64,000 nt of DNA from a virus: IMG/VR virus record IMGVR_UViG_3300046047_000262; one strand, written 5' to 3'. Shown here in pieces: positions 9,824 to 19,813 of this stretch (position 1 is the first letter of the stretch; every line of letters starts with the position of its first letter). Under the pieces are notes generated by a model, which did no database searches, was not told the DNA's origin, and worked only from the letters and a program-made list of their open reading frames with translations. A program made the position numbers and the translations under genes.

Positions 9824-10615
9824 TCAGGATTGTACGATATCAATGTCCCGAACATCGTCGCCATATGATACCAGAGTATCCCCTGGATGGACCGTTAAGG
9901 GCGATTCTACGGCATCATCCTTGGTAAGGTTACTCATGTATACCGTTTCCCCGTAACGCCCGTTAGAGAGCATCCTATCATGTATAGTAGCCCATGCGTG
10001 CTCGATGGCATCCTTGTTGACATGCTTGCCTTCAAGCACGTATCGCCCTGTTATAGTCCCATGCTCATTCGTGATCCGATGATCACCGTATACCTTGGTG
10101 TCCCCATGTTGATGGGCTACGCTGATGGTCGCAGTATCACCATCATCACCATTGAATCGCATGCTGTACTCGTACCCATCAGTGATCACATGCGTCTGTC
10201 TCCATGATTGATCAAGTGCGTATCCCTTAGGTGATTGGATGTCGTACATGTATTGCTTGATAATACTATCAGCGTTCATTGCTGAGTATGACTGTTTGAA
10301 TTCCCTGTATTCTTTGGTGACATCGTACCTGTTCTGATGTTGTTGATCATTAACGGTTGATGGTTGAGTCTTGCGTAGTGAACCATGATTGGCATGCGTT
10401 TGGTTCTCTATGATTCTTTCATTCCAGGATTGAGCTTCGGCTTTTGTCATCATGACATGACTAGGTGCATCCTTACCTAGGAAATGACCGCCAGTATGCT
10501 TGCATCGTCCCTTGCCCCTGTTCTCAGGTTTAGCCGTGCATATAGTATATTGTCCATTAGGTTCGAGACCGTATCGTGATGCGGTTGCACCAGATCCCAG
10601 TGTGCCATTGTCCAT
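9824..10615 (-). CDS. Hypothetical protein with N-terminal Cys/His motif
   Basis: YGLEPNGQYTICTAKPENRGKGRCKH; SD AGGAG. Confidence 0.7.
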   Translation of the reverse strand: MDNGTLGSGATASRYGLEPNGQYTICTAKPENRGKGRCKHTGGHFLGKDAPSHVMMTKAEAQSWNERIIENQTHANHGSLRKTQPSTVNDQQHQNRYDVTKEYREFKQSYSAMNADSIIKQYMYDIQSPKGYALDQSWRQTHVITDGYEYSMRFNGDDGDTATISVAHQHGDTKVYGDHRITNEHGTITGRYVLEGKHVNKDAIEHAWATIHDRMLSNGRYGETVYMSNLTKDDAVESPLTVHPGDTLVSYGDDVRDIDIVQS

Positions 10616-10714
10616 GAGTCATCTCCTATCACGTTTTTCTACTCATGAATCTAACAAGAACGGACTCGACCCATAAGCTAAAAGGTCGAGTCCGTTCTTG
10701 TTTTTAAGCGTGTA

Positions 10715-10918
10715 TCACCGTTCCTCATGGAAACCGTCAGTAAACTCATGAAGGATACTGCCGATGCCCTTGACACCGTTCTTTGCTTTCCTGACGATTT
10801 TGGAATGTTTGCTTTCAGGTTTTAACCCGAGTTTCTTCCTTAGAACAAGCATATATACAGCGTAGGGCAGTCCTACTGTCAGCAGGACGATTCCAATGAT
10901 TCTTTTAATGGTGTTCAT
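10715..10918 (-). CDS. Small membrane protein
   Basis: TM helix; SD AAGGAG; terminator hairpin at about 10654-10704. Confidence 0.55.
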   Translation of the reverse strand: MNTIKRIIGIVLLTVGLPYAVYMLVLRKKLGLKPESKHSKIVRKAKNGVKGIGSILHEFTDGFHEER

Positions 10919-10976
10919 GCATACTCCTTCTCAATGGTTCCGTTGTCATCCATGATACCACTGATTACTATCACCG

Positions 10977-11342
10977 TCAATTCGTCGATCGATGGTTACG
11001 TGCATCCTGCTCTGCAAGTAAGCGTTCCGCAGCGGCTGCGATGGGGTCATCATTGTTATCATGGTGAGCATTCTGTGATTGATCATTGTTGATCTGAGGT
11101 TTCTTCAATACTACACTGAACGCGAGATCAATGATACCTAATACTATCACCGCCCAACCAGCATAACTGGTTCCCGTCAATGCGTTGACTGGACCATACA
11201 TACCGATCATCAGGAATCCAGTTGATTCGACAATGTGTTTCAGTGCCGGTCTATGATTCTCAGTGGATATGAATCCCATGGTGATATCGATACAAGCGAA
11301 AGCTACGGCAATGATAAGAATGATGATCTCTAATACGTTCAT
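10977..11342 (-). CDS. Membrane protein
   Basis: Three hydrophobic segments. Confidence 0.6.
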   Translation of the reverse strand: MNVLEIIILIIAVAFACIDITMGFISTENHRPALKHIVESTGFLMIGMYGPVNALTGTSYAGWAVIVLGIIDLAFSVVLKKPQINNDQSQNAHHDNNDDPIAAAAERLLAEQDARNHRSTN

Positions 11343-11351
11343 GATGGTATT

Positions 11352-11804
11352 TCAGTATCCTTTGATGACAGTGTTGATGGTTTTTGCTACGTCTTGTGAA
11401 TCGTCTATCTGAGAACTAGAGCATAACGCATTCACATGGTATGTCTTATGTGCCTGTACGTTCATGAAGTTCTGTACACATGTTCCCACATGTTCCCCTT
11501 GAGGGGATATAGCATCGGCGGATACTTGAAGATAGAAGTACTTCTTATTCGTGTTATTCGTCAAGGTTCCTTGTGCGTATGGTTGCAGACCGTAACCACT
11601 GTCCTCGGCTTTGATCTCACCGAGAACGGCCGAAGGATGAGAGTTCGATGCGGTTTTCACGCCGACATAATTCTGCATCATGCCGTACCCTGGTATACCA
11701 TAACCGAATACCGTCAATGATAATGCTATCACAGCCAGTACTCCTATGATAGATGCCATGATCTTCATGGGTAGGTTCATGATTACTCCTTCTTCGTGGT
11801 TCAA
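11352..11804 (-). CDS. Secreted FxLYD-domain-like protein
   Basis: Signal/TM segment; GTLTNNTNKKY.YLQV.....PQGEHVG pattern; true start probably the internal MNLPMK. Confidence 0.55.
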   Translation of the reverse strand: MNHEEGVIMNLPMKIMASIIGVLAVIALSLTVFGYGIPGYGMMQNYVGVKTASNSHPSAVLGEIKAEDSGYGLQPYAQGTLTNNTNKKYFYLQVSADAISPQGEHVGTCVQNFMNVQAHKTYHVNALCSSSQIDDSQDVAKTINTVIKGY

Positions 11805-11829
11805 TTACAATATCGTATAATGCTGGTTC

Positions 11830-12318
11830 TCATAATGATAATGGTACTGTCTTCCCGCTGTGATCATAAGGGTTCACCTGTATACCAGCATGATCGAGTA
11901 TTCTCATCGCGATCTCCATGTTCTTACCTGCACGGCTCTCCGCATAGATGATACGGCTCAATCCTACCTGTGCCATCTCCTTGGCACATTCGTAACAGGG
12001 GAATAAGGTCACGTACATGGTGGCACCACGGAAATCATTGATCGAACCACGGTAATTCAGTATGCAATTACGTTCAGCATGCACCACGTAAGCGTACTTC
12101 GTATCCGCTGGGTCATCGGACGCCTTGCCCCATGGCATGTCATCATCAGTGAATCCACTAGTGGTTCCATTATATCCTAATGACAACACCCTGTGATCGG
12201 CATTGACCAGCACGGCTCCAACTTGTGTTGACGGATCCTTGGATCTCATTGACGATAATTGGGCGAGACCCATAAAGGTCTCATCCCATGTCAGGTAATC
12301 CTCTCTGGCGAAGGTCAT
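11830..12318 (-). CDS. dCMP deaminase
   Basis: RSKDPSTQVGA, GYNG, HAERN and PCYEC zinc motifs. Confidence 0.92.
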   Translation of the reverse strand: MTFAREDYLTWDETFMGLAQLSSMRSKDPSTQVGAVLVNADHRVLSLGYNGTTSGFTDDDMPWGKASDDPADTKYAYVVHAERNCILNYRGSINDFRGATMYVTLFPCYECAKEMAQVGLSRIIYAESRAGKNMEIAMRILDHAGIQVNPYDHSGKTVPLSL

Positions 12319-12998
12319 CGGTTGTCATTCTCCTGTTCCGTGCTACGATTCCATATGATAGGCATCCAATACCCTATGTCATCATAATCATCATCGCAAC
12401 CCCATGAGTCCCTTGCAAGTTCCTGTACCAGATTCTCATCCTGATCCATGATGATCTTATTATCGTTCTCATAATCATCGGAAACAGCCAACGTGCGGCC
12501 ATCAGTCAAGGTGAACACGATATACCCGTCATGAGTATAATAGTCATTGCCGAACGCCTCTGTGTCAACATGAATCCTATCAGCAAGTTGCTTGACCAGT
12601 ACCCTAGTGAGTTCTTCCTGTTCGAGCTGCTCCCTATACTTTTCCATCGCGGCTGTATCCGTCCATAGTTCGTTATCAAGGCTTTCCTTGGAGATGTTCT
12701 CAATGGCATCATTGATGGCTGATCGTCCGTTATCGGTAATGCGTTCATGCATTACCGGCACATAGGTGATGCCAAGTAATCCATCATGGATCTCATCATA
12801 CTTATCGAACTTCTCGCACCATTTTTTCATGGCTCTTTTCGATAATTCATCGGCGACGGTGTTCGCATCATCAACATTATCGAACCATACGACGTTACCA
12901 TGTACTTTGACCGCGTGGTCTTCCGAACACAGTCTCGTGTAATCATCAGCATCAACCAGATGGGTTCTATGCAGAGTCCACCATCGTTCAGGCATCAT
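12315..12998 (-). CDS. Hypothetical protein
   Basis: 227-aa ORF overlapping the deaminase start by 4 nt. Confidence 0.65.
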   Translation of the reverse strand: MMPERWWTLHRTHLVDADDYTRLCSEDHAVKVHGNVVWFDNVDDANTVADELSKRAMKKWCEKFDKYDEIHDGLLGITYVPVMHERITDNGRSAINDAIENISKESLDNELWTDTAAMEKYREQLEQEELTRVLVKQLADRIHVDTEAFGNDYYTHDGYIVFTLTDGRTLAVSDDYENDNKIIMDQDENLVQELARDSWGCDDDYDDIGYWMPIIWNRSTEQENDNR

Positions 12999-13062
12999 TA
13001 GTAAGCCTCCCTTATCCCATTAAAAAACACCATGGCTATATAATACCATGATATGCGGATAA

Positions 13063-13590
13063 TCACCAAACAGGGTTGGTTTTGTTGACGCTGATGACAT
13101 TATCCTGTCTGATTCTAGGATAGCATACTTGTATCTCGTTAGTATGATCCACATTGAACACCCTATGCCATGTACTCATGCGTTCAATGTCGGACATGGC
13201 ATCACCATCATGCATCCATGATTCCTCGGATTGTCCTTCATAGGGGATCGGCATGTTGTTCAATAACATGATATCCCACAGATAGCCGTTGATAGGAACG
13301 CATTCCTCCTCGTCTATGTCCAACTCGATCAGATCCCCATTATCATGGAACATCGAGTATCGTCTATCGGGAATGGATTCGCGACCCATCCATTTTCGCC
13401 ATGCCCAGAGTGGCCATCGGCCTTGGAAAAGATCGGGTCGTGAATCGGTGACGTATGAGTATGCTCGTGAGAACATGGTCATGTCTCCCCATGTTGACAG
13501 GGTGCTGTCACAATGATACTCGCCTGTTCCCAGAATCTGATCATGTACGGCGTTCCATGGTTGGAACGTCCATATGGTCATGGTACTCAT
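13063..13590 (-). CDS. DUF3841-like protein
   Basis: IWTFQ...AYSY...PLWAW...LIELDI...W..VF...IQ pattern. Confidence 0.6.
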   Translation of the reverse strand: MSTMTIWTFQPWNAVHDQILGTGEYHCDSTLSTWGDMTMFSRAYSYVTDSRPDLFQGRWPLWAWRKWMGRESIPDRRYSMFHDNGDLIELDIDEEECVPINGYLWDIMLLNNMPIPYEGQSEESWMHDGDAMSDIERMSTWHRVFNVDHTNEIQVCYPRIRQDNVISVNKTNPVW

Positions 13591-13616
13591 GGTTGTATTG
13601 TCGTTATCGGTTGTTC

Positions 13617-13850
13617 CTAACGACCTGTTTCAATGGGTGTCATATGACGTAACGTTACGATTTCGATGATGCGACCATTGTTCTCAATCGTGAACGATGA
13701 ATCCTTGCGATTATGCGATACGTGACCAAGACGTTGCATAGCGTAATCCTGTGCGATGTTTAACGCTTCTTTCTTGATCTTCGCAGTACCGATGATCTTG
13801 ATGGTGCCGTCATTCCGATGTGCTTCAACGACGAAGCCGGATGATGCCAT
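13617..13850 (-). CDS. Hypothetical protein
   Basis: 77-aa ORF with SD GGAGG. Confidence 0.55.
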   Translation of the reverse strand: MASSGFVVEAHRNDGTIKIIGTAKIKKEALNIAQDYAMQRLGHVSHNRKDSSFTIENNGRIIEIVTLRHMTPIETGR

Positions 13851-13893
13851 TGTATCCTCCTTTTAATAGTCCTGATACTATTATATCACCATC

Positions 13894-15549
13894 CTAATGG
13901 TTCATGCGTTTATCGAAGAATGCGATGATATCATTTTTGAACGGTAGTAACGGCTGGTAATCGAATTGATGCTCATATTCACTGTCCGTTGCAAGGAAGG
14001 ATGAACTGTCATCAGCATGCTTCCAATGAAGATACAATTCACCAGCTCGTGCCAGGACTTCGGTTGGTGCGGTATACTTGTCATCACTCCCGCGGATGGC
14101 CGTTTTATCAAGGTTCTGCTGATAGGATTTGACGATAGGACGGAAATCAGGCGACATTGATTGCTGCATCCCATCCGTTCTGGAATTGTAATCCCAATGG
14201 TGAATGTACTCATGACCGAGTGCAGATGGGCTTCTCGGATCCACGGCAATGTTCTTCTTAGCAGGGGCGTATACTCCCAGTGCATGGTGTCGTCCTGTTT
14301 TACGGAATCTGAATGTAGCCTTATCATTGGTCTCGGGTAGCCATGTACGGAAGGTCTTCCACTCATTCTGGATCTTATTGAACTTGTCCAGATCGACGGA
14401 ATCATCTATCTCAATGTTATTGAAATCGTCTGCGAACGTACTGTTCTCACCTGCAAGCACATGCGATTCATCCCTGTTCTTCTTATCCTCGTATACGGTT
14501 GCCGAATGTGCACTGTTAGCACGTTTCGCGTATTCCCTGTTCAGCTCGCCGTTACGCTCGTCATCAAGAATGTTCGTGACTGCATCATAATAACGATGGT
14601 GTACATCCTCGTATTCATCTCTGACAAGATCCCTGTATGATGCTAACTGGTATCGAAGTTTGTAATCATTCTGAACATTCTCATCATTGAGCTTACCCTT
14701 GATCGCATCAAGGATCTCGCCCTTATTATTCCAGTCTTTGACGGAATCCTCTCCGATAAGTGTCTTCAGATTGTCTATACCCAGTCCATTGATCTTAGGT
14801 GTCTCTGATTCCGCTAGGTGGAATCCCACTGAACCACGTTCACGTGACATGAGACCGTTAGCTACCGTGGTCAGTGTTCGCCCACTGATGTTGGTCTTGT
14901 CCATCTCGTCGTAGATGGCTTTACCGGCCATGACCATGCCGAAATTCAGTGTTCTCAATTGTCGACGTGTTCCTCTGAAGGATACACCCGTGTTCAATAC
15001 CGATTTCGTTATCTTACCATTGCTGATGAATGATAGGACACCGGCATCATCTTCGAGAACAATGACGGGAGCGCCTGTTTTCCTTTCAAGGTAATCGCGG
15101 TAACGTTCAATGGTATTAACAAGATTATCGTCGTCACCAGTCCACTCATGCGTACTGGAACCGTATAGGGATTCAATGGCGGATGCCGCAGCGGATATAT
15201 CATCACCATTGAAGTTCTTATTGATATACGCACCAAGCTTATTGATCACACTGATCGCATCATCGGTGTCCTTGAGTTTCGGAACCGAACCCGTCCTCTC
15301 ATCATTCAAGGGTATCCTGTTAGTGAGTAGTGTGGTGATGCGTTCAGTGGTATCCGTGGCATCACCACGTTTCATTCCCGTTGTTGAACCGAGATGCTCA
15401 CTATTCCTCTGCTCGGCGACTTCAATCGCTTCTTGTTCAGTGGCGTAATGTTCTTTGAACGGGCACGGTTTTATTTCAGCATTGCATTTTCCAGGATTCC
15501 CGTCATCATTGATATGCCATAATCCTTTAGTACTGACCGTTCCCGCCAT
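13894..15549 (-). CDS. Polyvalent-type protein: N-terminal Cys/His motif plus C-terminal HExxH zincin/LPD1-like domain
   Basis: FRFRKTGRHHALGVY...HEYIHHWDY...PTEVLARAGE resembles LPD1/MPTase domains of plasmid and phage polyvalent proteins. Confidence 0.7.
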   Translation of the reverse strand: MAGTVSTKGLWHINDDGNPGKCNAEIKPCPFKEHYATEQEAIEVAEQRNSEHLGSTTGMKRGDATDTTERITTLLTNRIPLNDERTGSVPKLKDTDDAISVINKLGAYINKNFNGDDISAAASAIESLYGSSTHEWTGDDDNLVNTIERYRDYLERKTGAPVIVLEDDAGVLSFISNGKITKSVLNTGVSFRGTRRQLRTLNFGMVMAGKAIYDEMDKTNISGRTLTTVANGLMSRERGSVGFHLAESETPKINGLGIDNLKTLIGEDSVKDWNNKGEILDAIKGKLNDENVQNDYKLRYQLASYRDLVRDEYEDVHHRYYDAVTNILDDERNGELNREYAKRANSAHSATVYEDKKNRDESHVLAGENSTFADDFNNIEIDDSVDLDKFNKIQNEWKTFRTWLPETNDKATFRFRKTGRHHALGVYAPAKKNIAVDPRSPSALGHEYIHHWDYNSRTDGMQQSMSPDFRPIVKSYQQNLDKTAIRGSDDKYTAPTEVLARAGELYLHWKHADDSSSFLATDSEYEHQFDYQPLLPFKNDIIAFFDKRMNH

Positions 15550-15553
15550 GTTA

Positions 15554-15820
15554 TTAGCTCCTTAATAGTTCCAAATACTTTTTCAGATGATTCCTACCAT
15601 ATAGATCTATCAAGAAGCATTTGGCATTCTGCAGTTTCACTTGGTAATAAGGCACGCTGGAATCAGTTGGTACCGTAACATGTCTGGTATGAAAATGGAA
15701 ATCAGCACAGCCCCATTCCTCATACTTACCATCATCCTTTACCCTTTTCCAATCCAAGGCTTTAAGGAGTTCAATGAGATCATTCTTCGTTGGATTCTCA
15801 GCATCGAGATTAATTGACAT
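15554..15820 (-). CDS. Hypothetical protein (weakly HicA-like)
   Basis: Likely start MSINLD; LIELLKALDW...HVTVP. Confidence 0.45.
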   Translation of the reverse strand: MSINLDAENPTKNDLIELLKALDWKRVKDDGKYEEWGCADFHFHTRHVTVPTDSSVPYYQVKLQNAKCFLIDLYGRNHLKKYLELLRS

Positions 15821-15869
15821 GATATATAATATTCCCTTCTTATTGTGGTTAGTTGTACTACTATTGGTG

Positions 15870-16415
15870 TTATGCTTGGGACGAGACCATGGCGTGCTTC
15901 GACCAGTATATAATGGATCGCATATACTCATCCTTAGAATACGTACCTTGTGTTCCACCCTCAAGATGCAACTCGTTACGAGCCATAGTCAATGGGTGCA
16001 TGGGTATGCTCTCGTGATCAGGTGATGCGTTGATGGAGATAATCTCCCAATCAGCATCGGTTGATCTGTCATTGTCCTCATCAAGAACATCCGCACGGTA
16101 CAATACCACATTCACGGATCCCGCTGGTGTTTTCGCACGACCATTCACCGTGGTCACCATTGCTGGTTCCTCGGTAGGTGTACGACCTATGTATTCAGTA
16201 CGCAAGGAATCACCCGTATGTAATTCCACGATGGCCGAGTAGAATCCTTGTGGTGGCACTGGAACCAGAACGACGCCATCCCTGTATCCAGGTGTACGCT
16301 CATCGAAATGGGAGCGTACCAGTTCCTCTAATTCCTCCCAAGTCCATTCCCAGTATGAGAATCTTGATTCCTTGGTCTGTCTTTTCACAAAACAACTACA
16401 TGATATGGTGTTCAA
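15870..16415 (-). CDS. DUF3228-family protein
   Basis: Y.GRTPTEEP...VVLY...WEIISINA...PMHPLTMARN...EGG. Confidence 0.65.
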   Translation of the reverse strand: MNTISCSCFVKRQTKESRFSYWEWTWEELEELVRSHFDERTPGYRDGVVLVPVPPQGFYSAIVELHTGDSLRTEYIGRTPTEEPAMVTTVNGRAKTPAGSVNVVLYRADVLDEDNDRSTDADWEIISINASPDHESIPMHPLTMARNELHLEGGTQGTYSKDEYMRSIIYWSKHAMVSSQA

Positions 16416-17146
16416 ATCCGCTCCTTTATGGTAAACATGTCGGCAGTGAGGAATCCTGCTGACTTCGCCTGTTCTATGGTACCACTACTGTCCACATGCA
16501 TACAAACAATACGATGACGCCAATCTCTAGGCAGTGCCTTCAATTCATCAAGTGATACATGAACAGGACTGTATGATCCTGAGCAATCCACGTATACTCA
16601 TAATACCTTCGCCGAACTCTTCATCAGATCGATCACATGGTTAAGGCTTTTAGTATCGCCAGTGTAGAGTATCATACCCTCGGGTCTATATAACTCTATA
16701 CTGTAACTAGGAATCTCCTCAACATGTACCGTGGGTGTGTAGACCAATGTCAGCAGCGGGTCAGCGAACTCGTTCCATCTTCCCCTGCGGTCGGCTGTCT
16801 CCATGGAGTACGCATGCATGGGCACCCCCTGAGCATTGAGTATCGTCTGGATGAGTTTCCATTCCTTATTATTAGCACATACTATTCGTGGTTTGATATG
16901 TCGTTCGAACCATGATGACATGATCAGTGATGCCAGACCACTAATGTGATCCCCATGAGTGTGGGTGATGAGTATGGTAATCCCAGCATGTTGTTTCCAT
17001 GATGGTAGCGCATGTACGGTGGTGAATGTCGTACCACCGCAATCGAACAAGATGATATCGCCGTTCTTATCCCTGAGCATCGCGGAATTATTACCTAATT
17101 CAGGGGCGATACCACTACCGTATCCAAGGAACTCCAGATCAAACAT
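16412..17146 (-). pseudogene. MBL-fold metallohydrolase (RNase Z/ElaC-like superfamily) interrupted by an in-frame TGA at 16598-16600
   Basis: DCGG, THTHGDHISG, HVEE, YTGDT; after the TGA the same frame continues VYVDCS...VHVSLDEL...IVCMHVD...AKSAGF to a stop at 16412. Confidence 0.75.
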
Positions 17147-17291
17147 GAGTTATTCCTTCCGCATTGATGGATAACAGTTCCAGTTCCGTATCAGTGAGAG
17201 CATCGGGATTGATATGCTTTCGTGTCATGAGCTCTTCCAAGCGATCAGGATTAGAGTATCCCATATCAGTGAGTCTCCAATGAATCTCCAT
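17139..17291 (-). CDS. Small hypothetical protein (50 aa)
   Basis: SD GGAGG; stop overlaps the start of the MBL gene. Confidence 0.45.
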   Translation of the reverse strand: MEIHWRLTDMGYSNPDRLEELMTRKHINPDALTDTELELLSINAEGITHV

Positions 17292-17439
17292 ATCATTCCC
17301 CTCCTTGATGCGTAGTATCTAACGATTAGGTCACATACTATTATAACATAGAAAAGGGGGTACGCATTTATCATACGTACCCCTTAGGAAAGGAAACTCA
17401 GAAATACATGATGCAAATGTTTTTTCTAAGCATAATAAT

Positions 17440-17468
17440 ATTATACCAGGTTATTCGTGTATCGTCAA
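17440..17468 (-). promoter_or_regulatory. Sigma70-type promoter driving a short terminated RNA
   Basis: TTGACG-17 bp-TATAAT with TG extension; terminator at about 17351-17385. Confidence 0.7.
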
Positions 17469-17505
17469 CTTGTAATCAAAAGGTTGACTACTAGCAAGAA
17501 TGCAC

Positions 17506-17546
17506 GAAAAATACCCCCGATGATCTATGATAATCATCGGGGGTAA
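17506..17546 (-). terminator. Terminator closing the tRNA array
   Basis: TACCCCCGATGAT...ATCATCGGGGGTA followed by TTTTT, right after the last tRNA. Confidence 0.8.
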
Positions 17547-17549
17547 TAG

Positions 17550-17625
17550 TGCTTGCTATCTGATTCGAACAGATGATCTCCTCCGCGTAAAGGAGGCGCT
17601 TTAGGCCAAACTGAGCTAAGCAAGC
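17550..17625 (-). tRNA. tRNA-Val(TAC)
   Basis: Cloverleaf; CCTCC-TTTACGC-GGAGG. Confidence 0.85.
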
Positions 17626-17631
17626 ATGAAG

Positions 17632-17702
17632 TACACCTGAAAGGAATCGAACCTTCATCGTCTGTGAGTCATACAGGTATTCTACCATTGAATTACAGGT
17701 GC
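17632..17702 (-). tRNA. tRNA-Val(GAC), atypical anticodon loop
   Basis: Cloverleaf; loop ATGACTC. Confidence 0.6.
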
Positions 17703-17704
17703 GG

Positions 17705-17777
17705 AGCCATCTGTCAGGGTCGAACTGACTACCTGCTCTTTACTAGAGAGCTGCTCTACCAGGTGAGCTAAGATGGC
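17705..17777 (-). tRNA. tRNA-Thr(AGT)
   Basis: GCTCT-CTAGTAA-AGAGC. Confidence 0.9.
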
Positions 17778-17784
17778 ATAATGA

Positions 17785-18258
17785 TCACCGACATAATGCT
17801 TCCAATGTAAGACAGCGTTGCATCAGCATGCCGCGTCTACGTTCAGTATTATGCAGGTTTCGTTTATCTTCTTCAGGTAGGTAATCGAAGGAATCAGGGT
17901 TCCAATCTATCCATGCTTCCATTGATGCCCGAATATCACGTACAAGTTCAGAACCCAACCTTTTCAAACACGAATCATCAACGAACAGGATCAGTTCACT
18001 GTCAACAATCGTATCGTGGTTATCATTCAAGGCATACAATGAATGATTGAACTCAACAATGCCCACATGATAACCTTCAGCTTCCAGATCGATCATCAGA
18101 GCGGATGATTTCCCATGGCGATCAAGTCGTTTTATGAATGCATCCAATGCGATCATGGGAACATCATCCATATAACTGACGGGACCAATATCCTTACCGT
18201 CAATACTCAGGAATGACCATCCTGCTTCAGGTTCACTAAGCATAATACTCCTTTTCAA
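17785..18258 (-). CDS. Hypothetical protein inside the tRNA array
   Basis: 157-aa ORF with SD AAGGAG before the internal ATG. Confidence 0.65.
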   Translation of the reverse strand: MKRSIMLSEPEAGWSFLSIDGKDIGPVSYMDDVPMIALDAFIKRLDRHGKSSALMIDLEAEGYHVGIVEFNHSLYALNDNHDTIVDSELILFVDDSCLKRLGSELVRDIRASMEAWIDWNPDSFDYLPEEDKRNLHNTERRRGMLMQRCLTLEALCR

Positions 18259-18295
18259 TCATGATAATCACATGATTATTCTACCATGAATTAGG

Positions 18296-18615
18296 TGAAG
18301 TAGAATCGTAGCCAGAGTTCTGTTATGAGTATCATCCATCTTATCTCCCTACCTGCTATCATCAGGCGAGCAACCCTCAGCGTTATGGGATTTCATCGGG
18401 ACCGGCTTGCCAAGGTGCCTGTTGCCAGGTTTAACCCATAGGTGCTTACGCTATGCTTTTCATCCTTACCTGTGATCCATTTAAGTATCCATCGGCGGTA
18501 TGGTCTCTGTGGTGCTATCGCTATCCTCACGGATGGTGGTCTAACCCACGTCCCTGCTCTATGATGCCCTGAACTTCCTCTGATCGATTGATCAGCGATA
18601 CTCCATTCTACTTCA
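18296..18615 (-). ncRNA. rnpB: RNase P RNA (bacterial type, divergent and compact)
   Basis: P1 TGAAGTAGAAT/ATTCTACTTCA; CR-I GAGGAAGTTCAGGGC; AGCACCACAGAGA; GGATGAAAA; GGTTAAAC; AGATGGATGA; CR-V ACAGAACTCTGGCTA. Confidence 0.9.
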
Positions 18616-18695
18616 TGTATACGACCCGTTGACATCATGGTTCCACTGCTTGCTTTCGCACCTGATGGGATAACCATGTCGTCAACGCCCGTACG

Positions 18696-18768
18696 AGCCC
18701 CTAACAGGAATCGAACCTGTGACCTTCTCATTACGAGTGAGACGCTCTACCGACTGAGCTATGGGGGC
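18696..18768 (-). tRNA. tRNA-Thr(CGT)
   Basis: Loop CTCGTAA. Confidence 0.93.
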
Positions 18769-18797
18769 ATGATACCATCATCTTGATGCTATCCACG

Positions 18798-18880
18798 TGT
18801 CGTCAGAGGGAATCGAACCCTCAAGTCCTAGGACACGGCGTTCTGAACACCGCACGTTTACCTGATTTCGTCATGACGAC
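18798..18880 (-). tRNA. tRNA-Leu(CAG)
   Basis: Loop TTCAGAA; long variable arm. Confidence 0.9.
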
Positions 18881-18884
18881 AATG

Positions 18885-18959
18885 TAGCTCCATTGGGACT
18901 CGAACCCAAACCTTATGATTGAAAGTCATATATGCGCGGACCAAGCACACTGTGGAGCC
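18885..18959 (-). tRNA. tRNA-Glu(TTC)
   Basis: Loop CTTTCAA. Confidence 0.85.
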
Positions 18960-19130
18960 ATAAATGGATACCACTAGTACCATAGTGGCATCCATGGACG
19001 TAGCCATCGGACATGTCCATGGATGATGTATAAGTTCATGCATACATGTTCATAATGTATTACACGACACGGTATTGGTACGACCGTATCATCATTATGA
19101 TCCTTGTCCGATTCCTGCAGGTAGGCCACG

Positions 19131-19206
19131 TGGTGCCCACGGTCGGACTCGAACCGACAACCCTCAGTTTAGGAAACTGATGCTCTATCCATTGAGCTAC
19201 GTAGGC
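19131..19206 (-). tRNA. tRNA-Arg(CCT)
   Basis: Loop TTCCTAA; encoded CCA. Confidence 0.93.
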
Positions 19207-19253
19207 AATGATTACATGATACCATGTTCCGCCGATGATGTCAATATGAATCG

Positions 19254-19326
19254 TGCCCCGGATGGGATTCGAACCCACAACCTACTGATTAGAGGTCAGT
19301 CGCTCTATCCATTGAGCTACCAAGGC
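19254..19326 (-). tRNA. tRNA-Arg(TCT)
   Basis: Loop CCTCTAA. Confidence 0.92.
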
Positions 19327-19358
19327 ATATACTAAAGATGATCATAGCAAGGTCATCA

Positions 19359-19434
19359 TGGTGCCTCTGACAGGATTCGAACCTGCAACGCCTGGTTCCG
19401 AGGACCAGCGCTCTATCCATTGAGCTACAAAGGC
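19359..19434 (-). tRNA. tRNA-Arg(TCG)
   Basis: Loop CCTCGGA; encoded CCA. Confidence 0.92.
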
Positions 19435-19435
19435 G

Positions 19436-19509
19436 TGCCCATAATCGGATTCGAACCGATAACCTTCTGTTCCGTAGACAGACGCTCTATCCAATTGAGC
19501 TATATGGGC
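19436..19509 (-). tRNA. tRNA-Arg(ACG)
   Basis: Loop CTACGGA. Confidence 0.93.
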
Positions 19510-19521
19510 ATGATGATGAAG

Positions 19522-19608
19522 CGGATAGTGCGGGATTCGAACCCACGGATCTCATAGAAGATCACGATCTTTCCAAGATCGCTCATTCGACCACTCTGAC
19601 AACTATCC
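19522..19608 (-). tRNA. tRNA-Ser(GGA)
   Basis: Loop TTGGAAA; long variable arm. Confidence 0.9.
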
Positions 19609-19813
19609 AAGTATGATAGAACGTTTGCACTTGCCGGCATGAAACCGACAGTGCGTAGCCCGAGTCACAGATTATGGGTCTGTACCGAACACGTTCTAAT
19701 CCAGATAAAGCCCTGATCCTATGATTGTCTTCAATCCTCATAGGAAGAACAATGATCTGTTTCTCATGATGTGAGCATGATAGTGAAGCCTACCGATGTT
19801 CTCACCATGATAG

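Noticed and set aside
11830-12318. TadA as a partner for the A34 tRNAs
   Set aside because: The RSKDP..QVGA, GYNG and PCxxC context matches dCMP deaminase rather than TadA.
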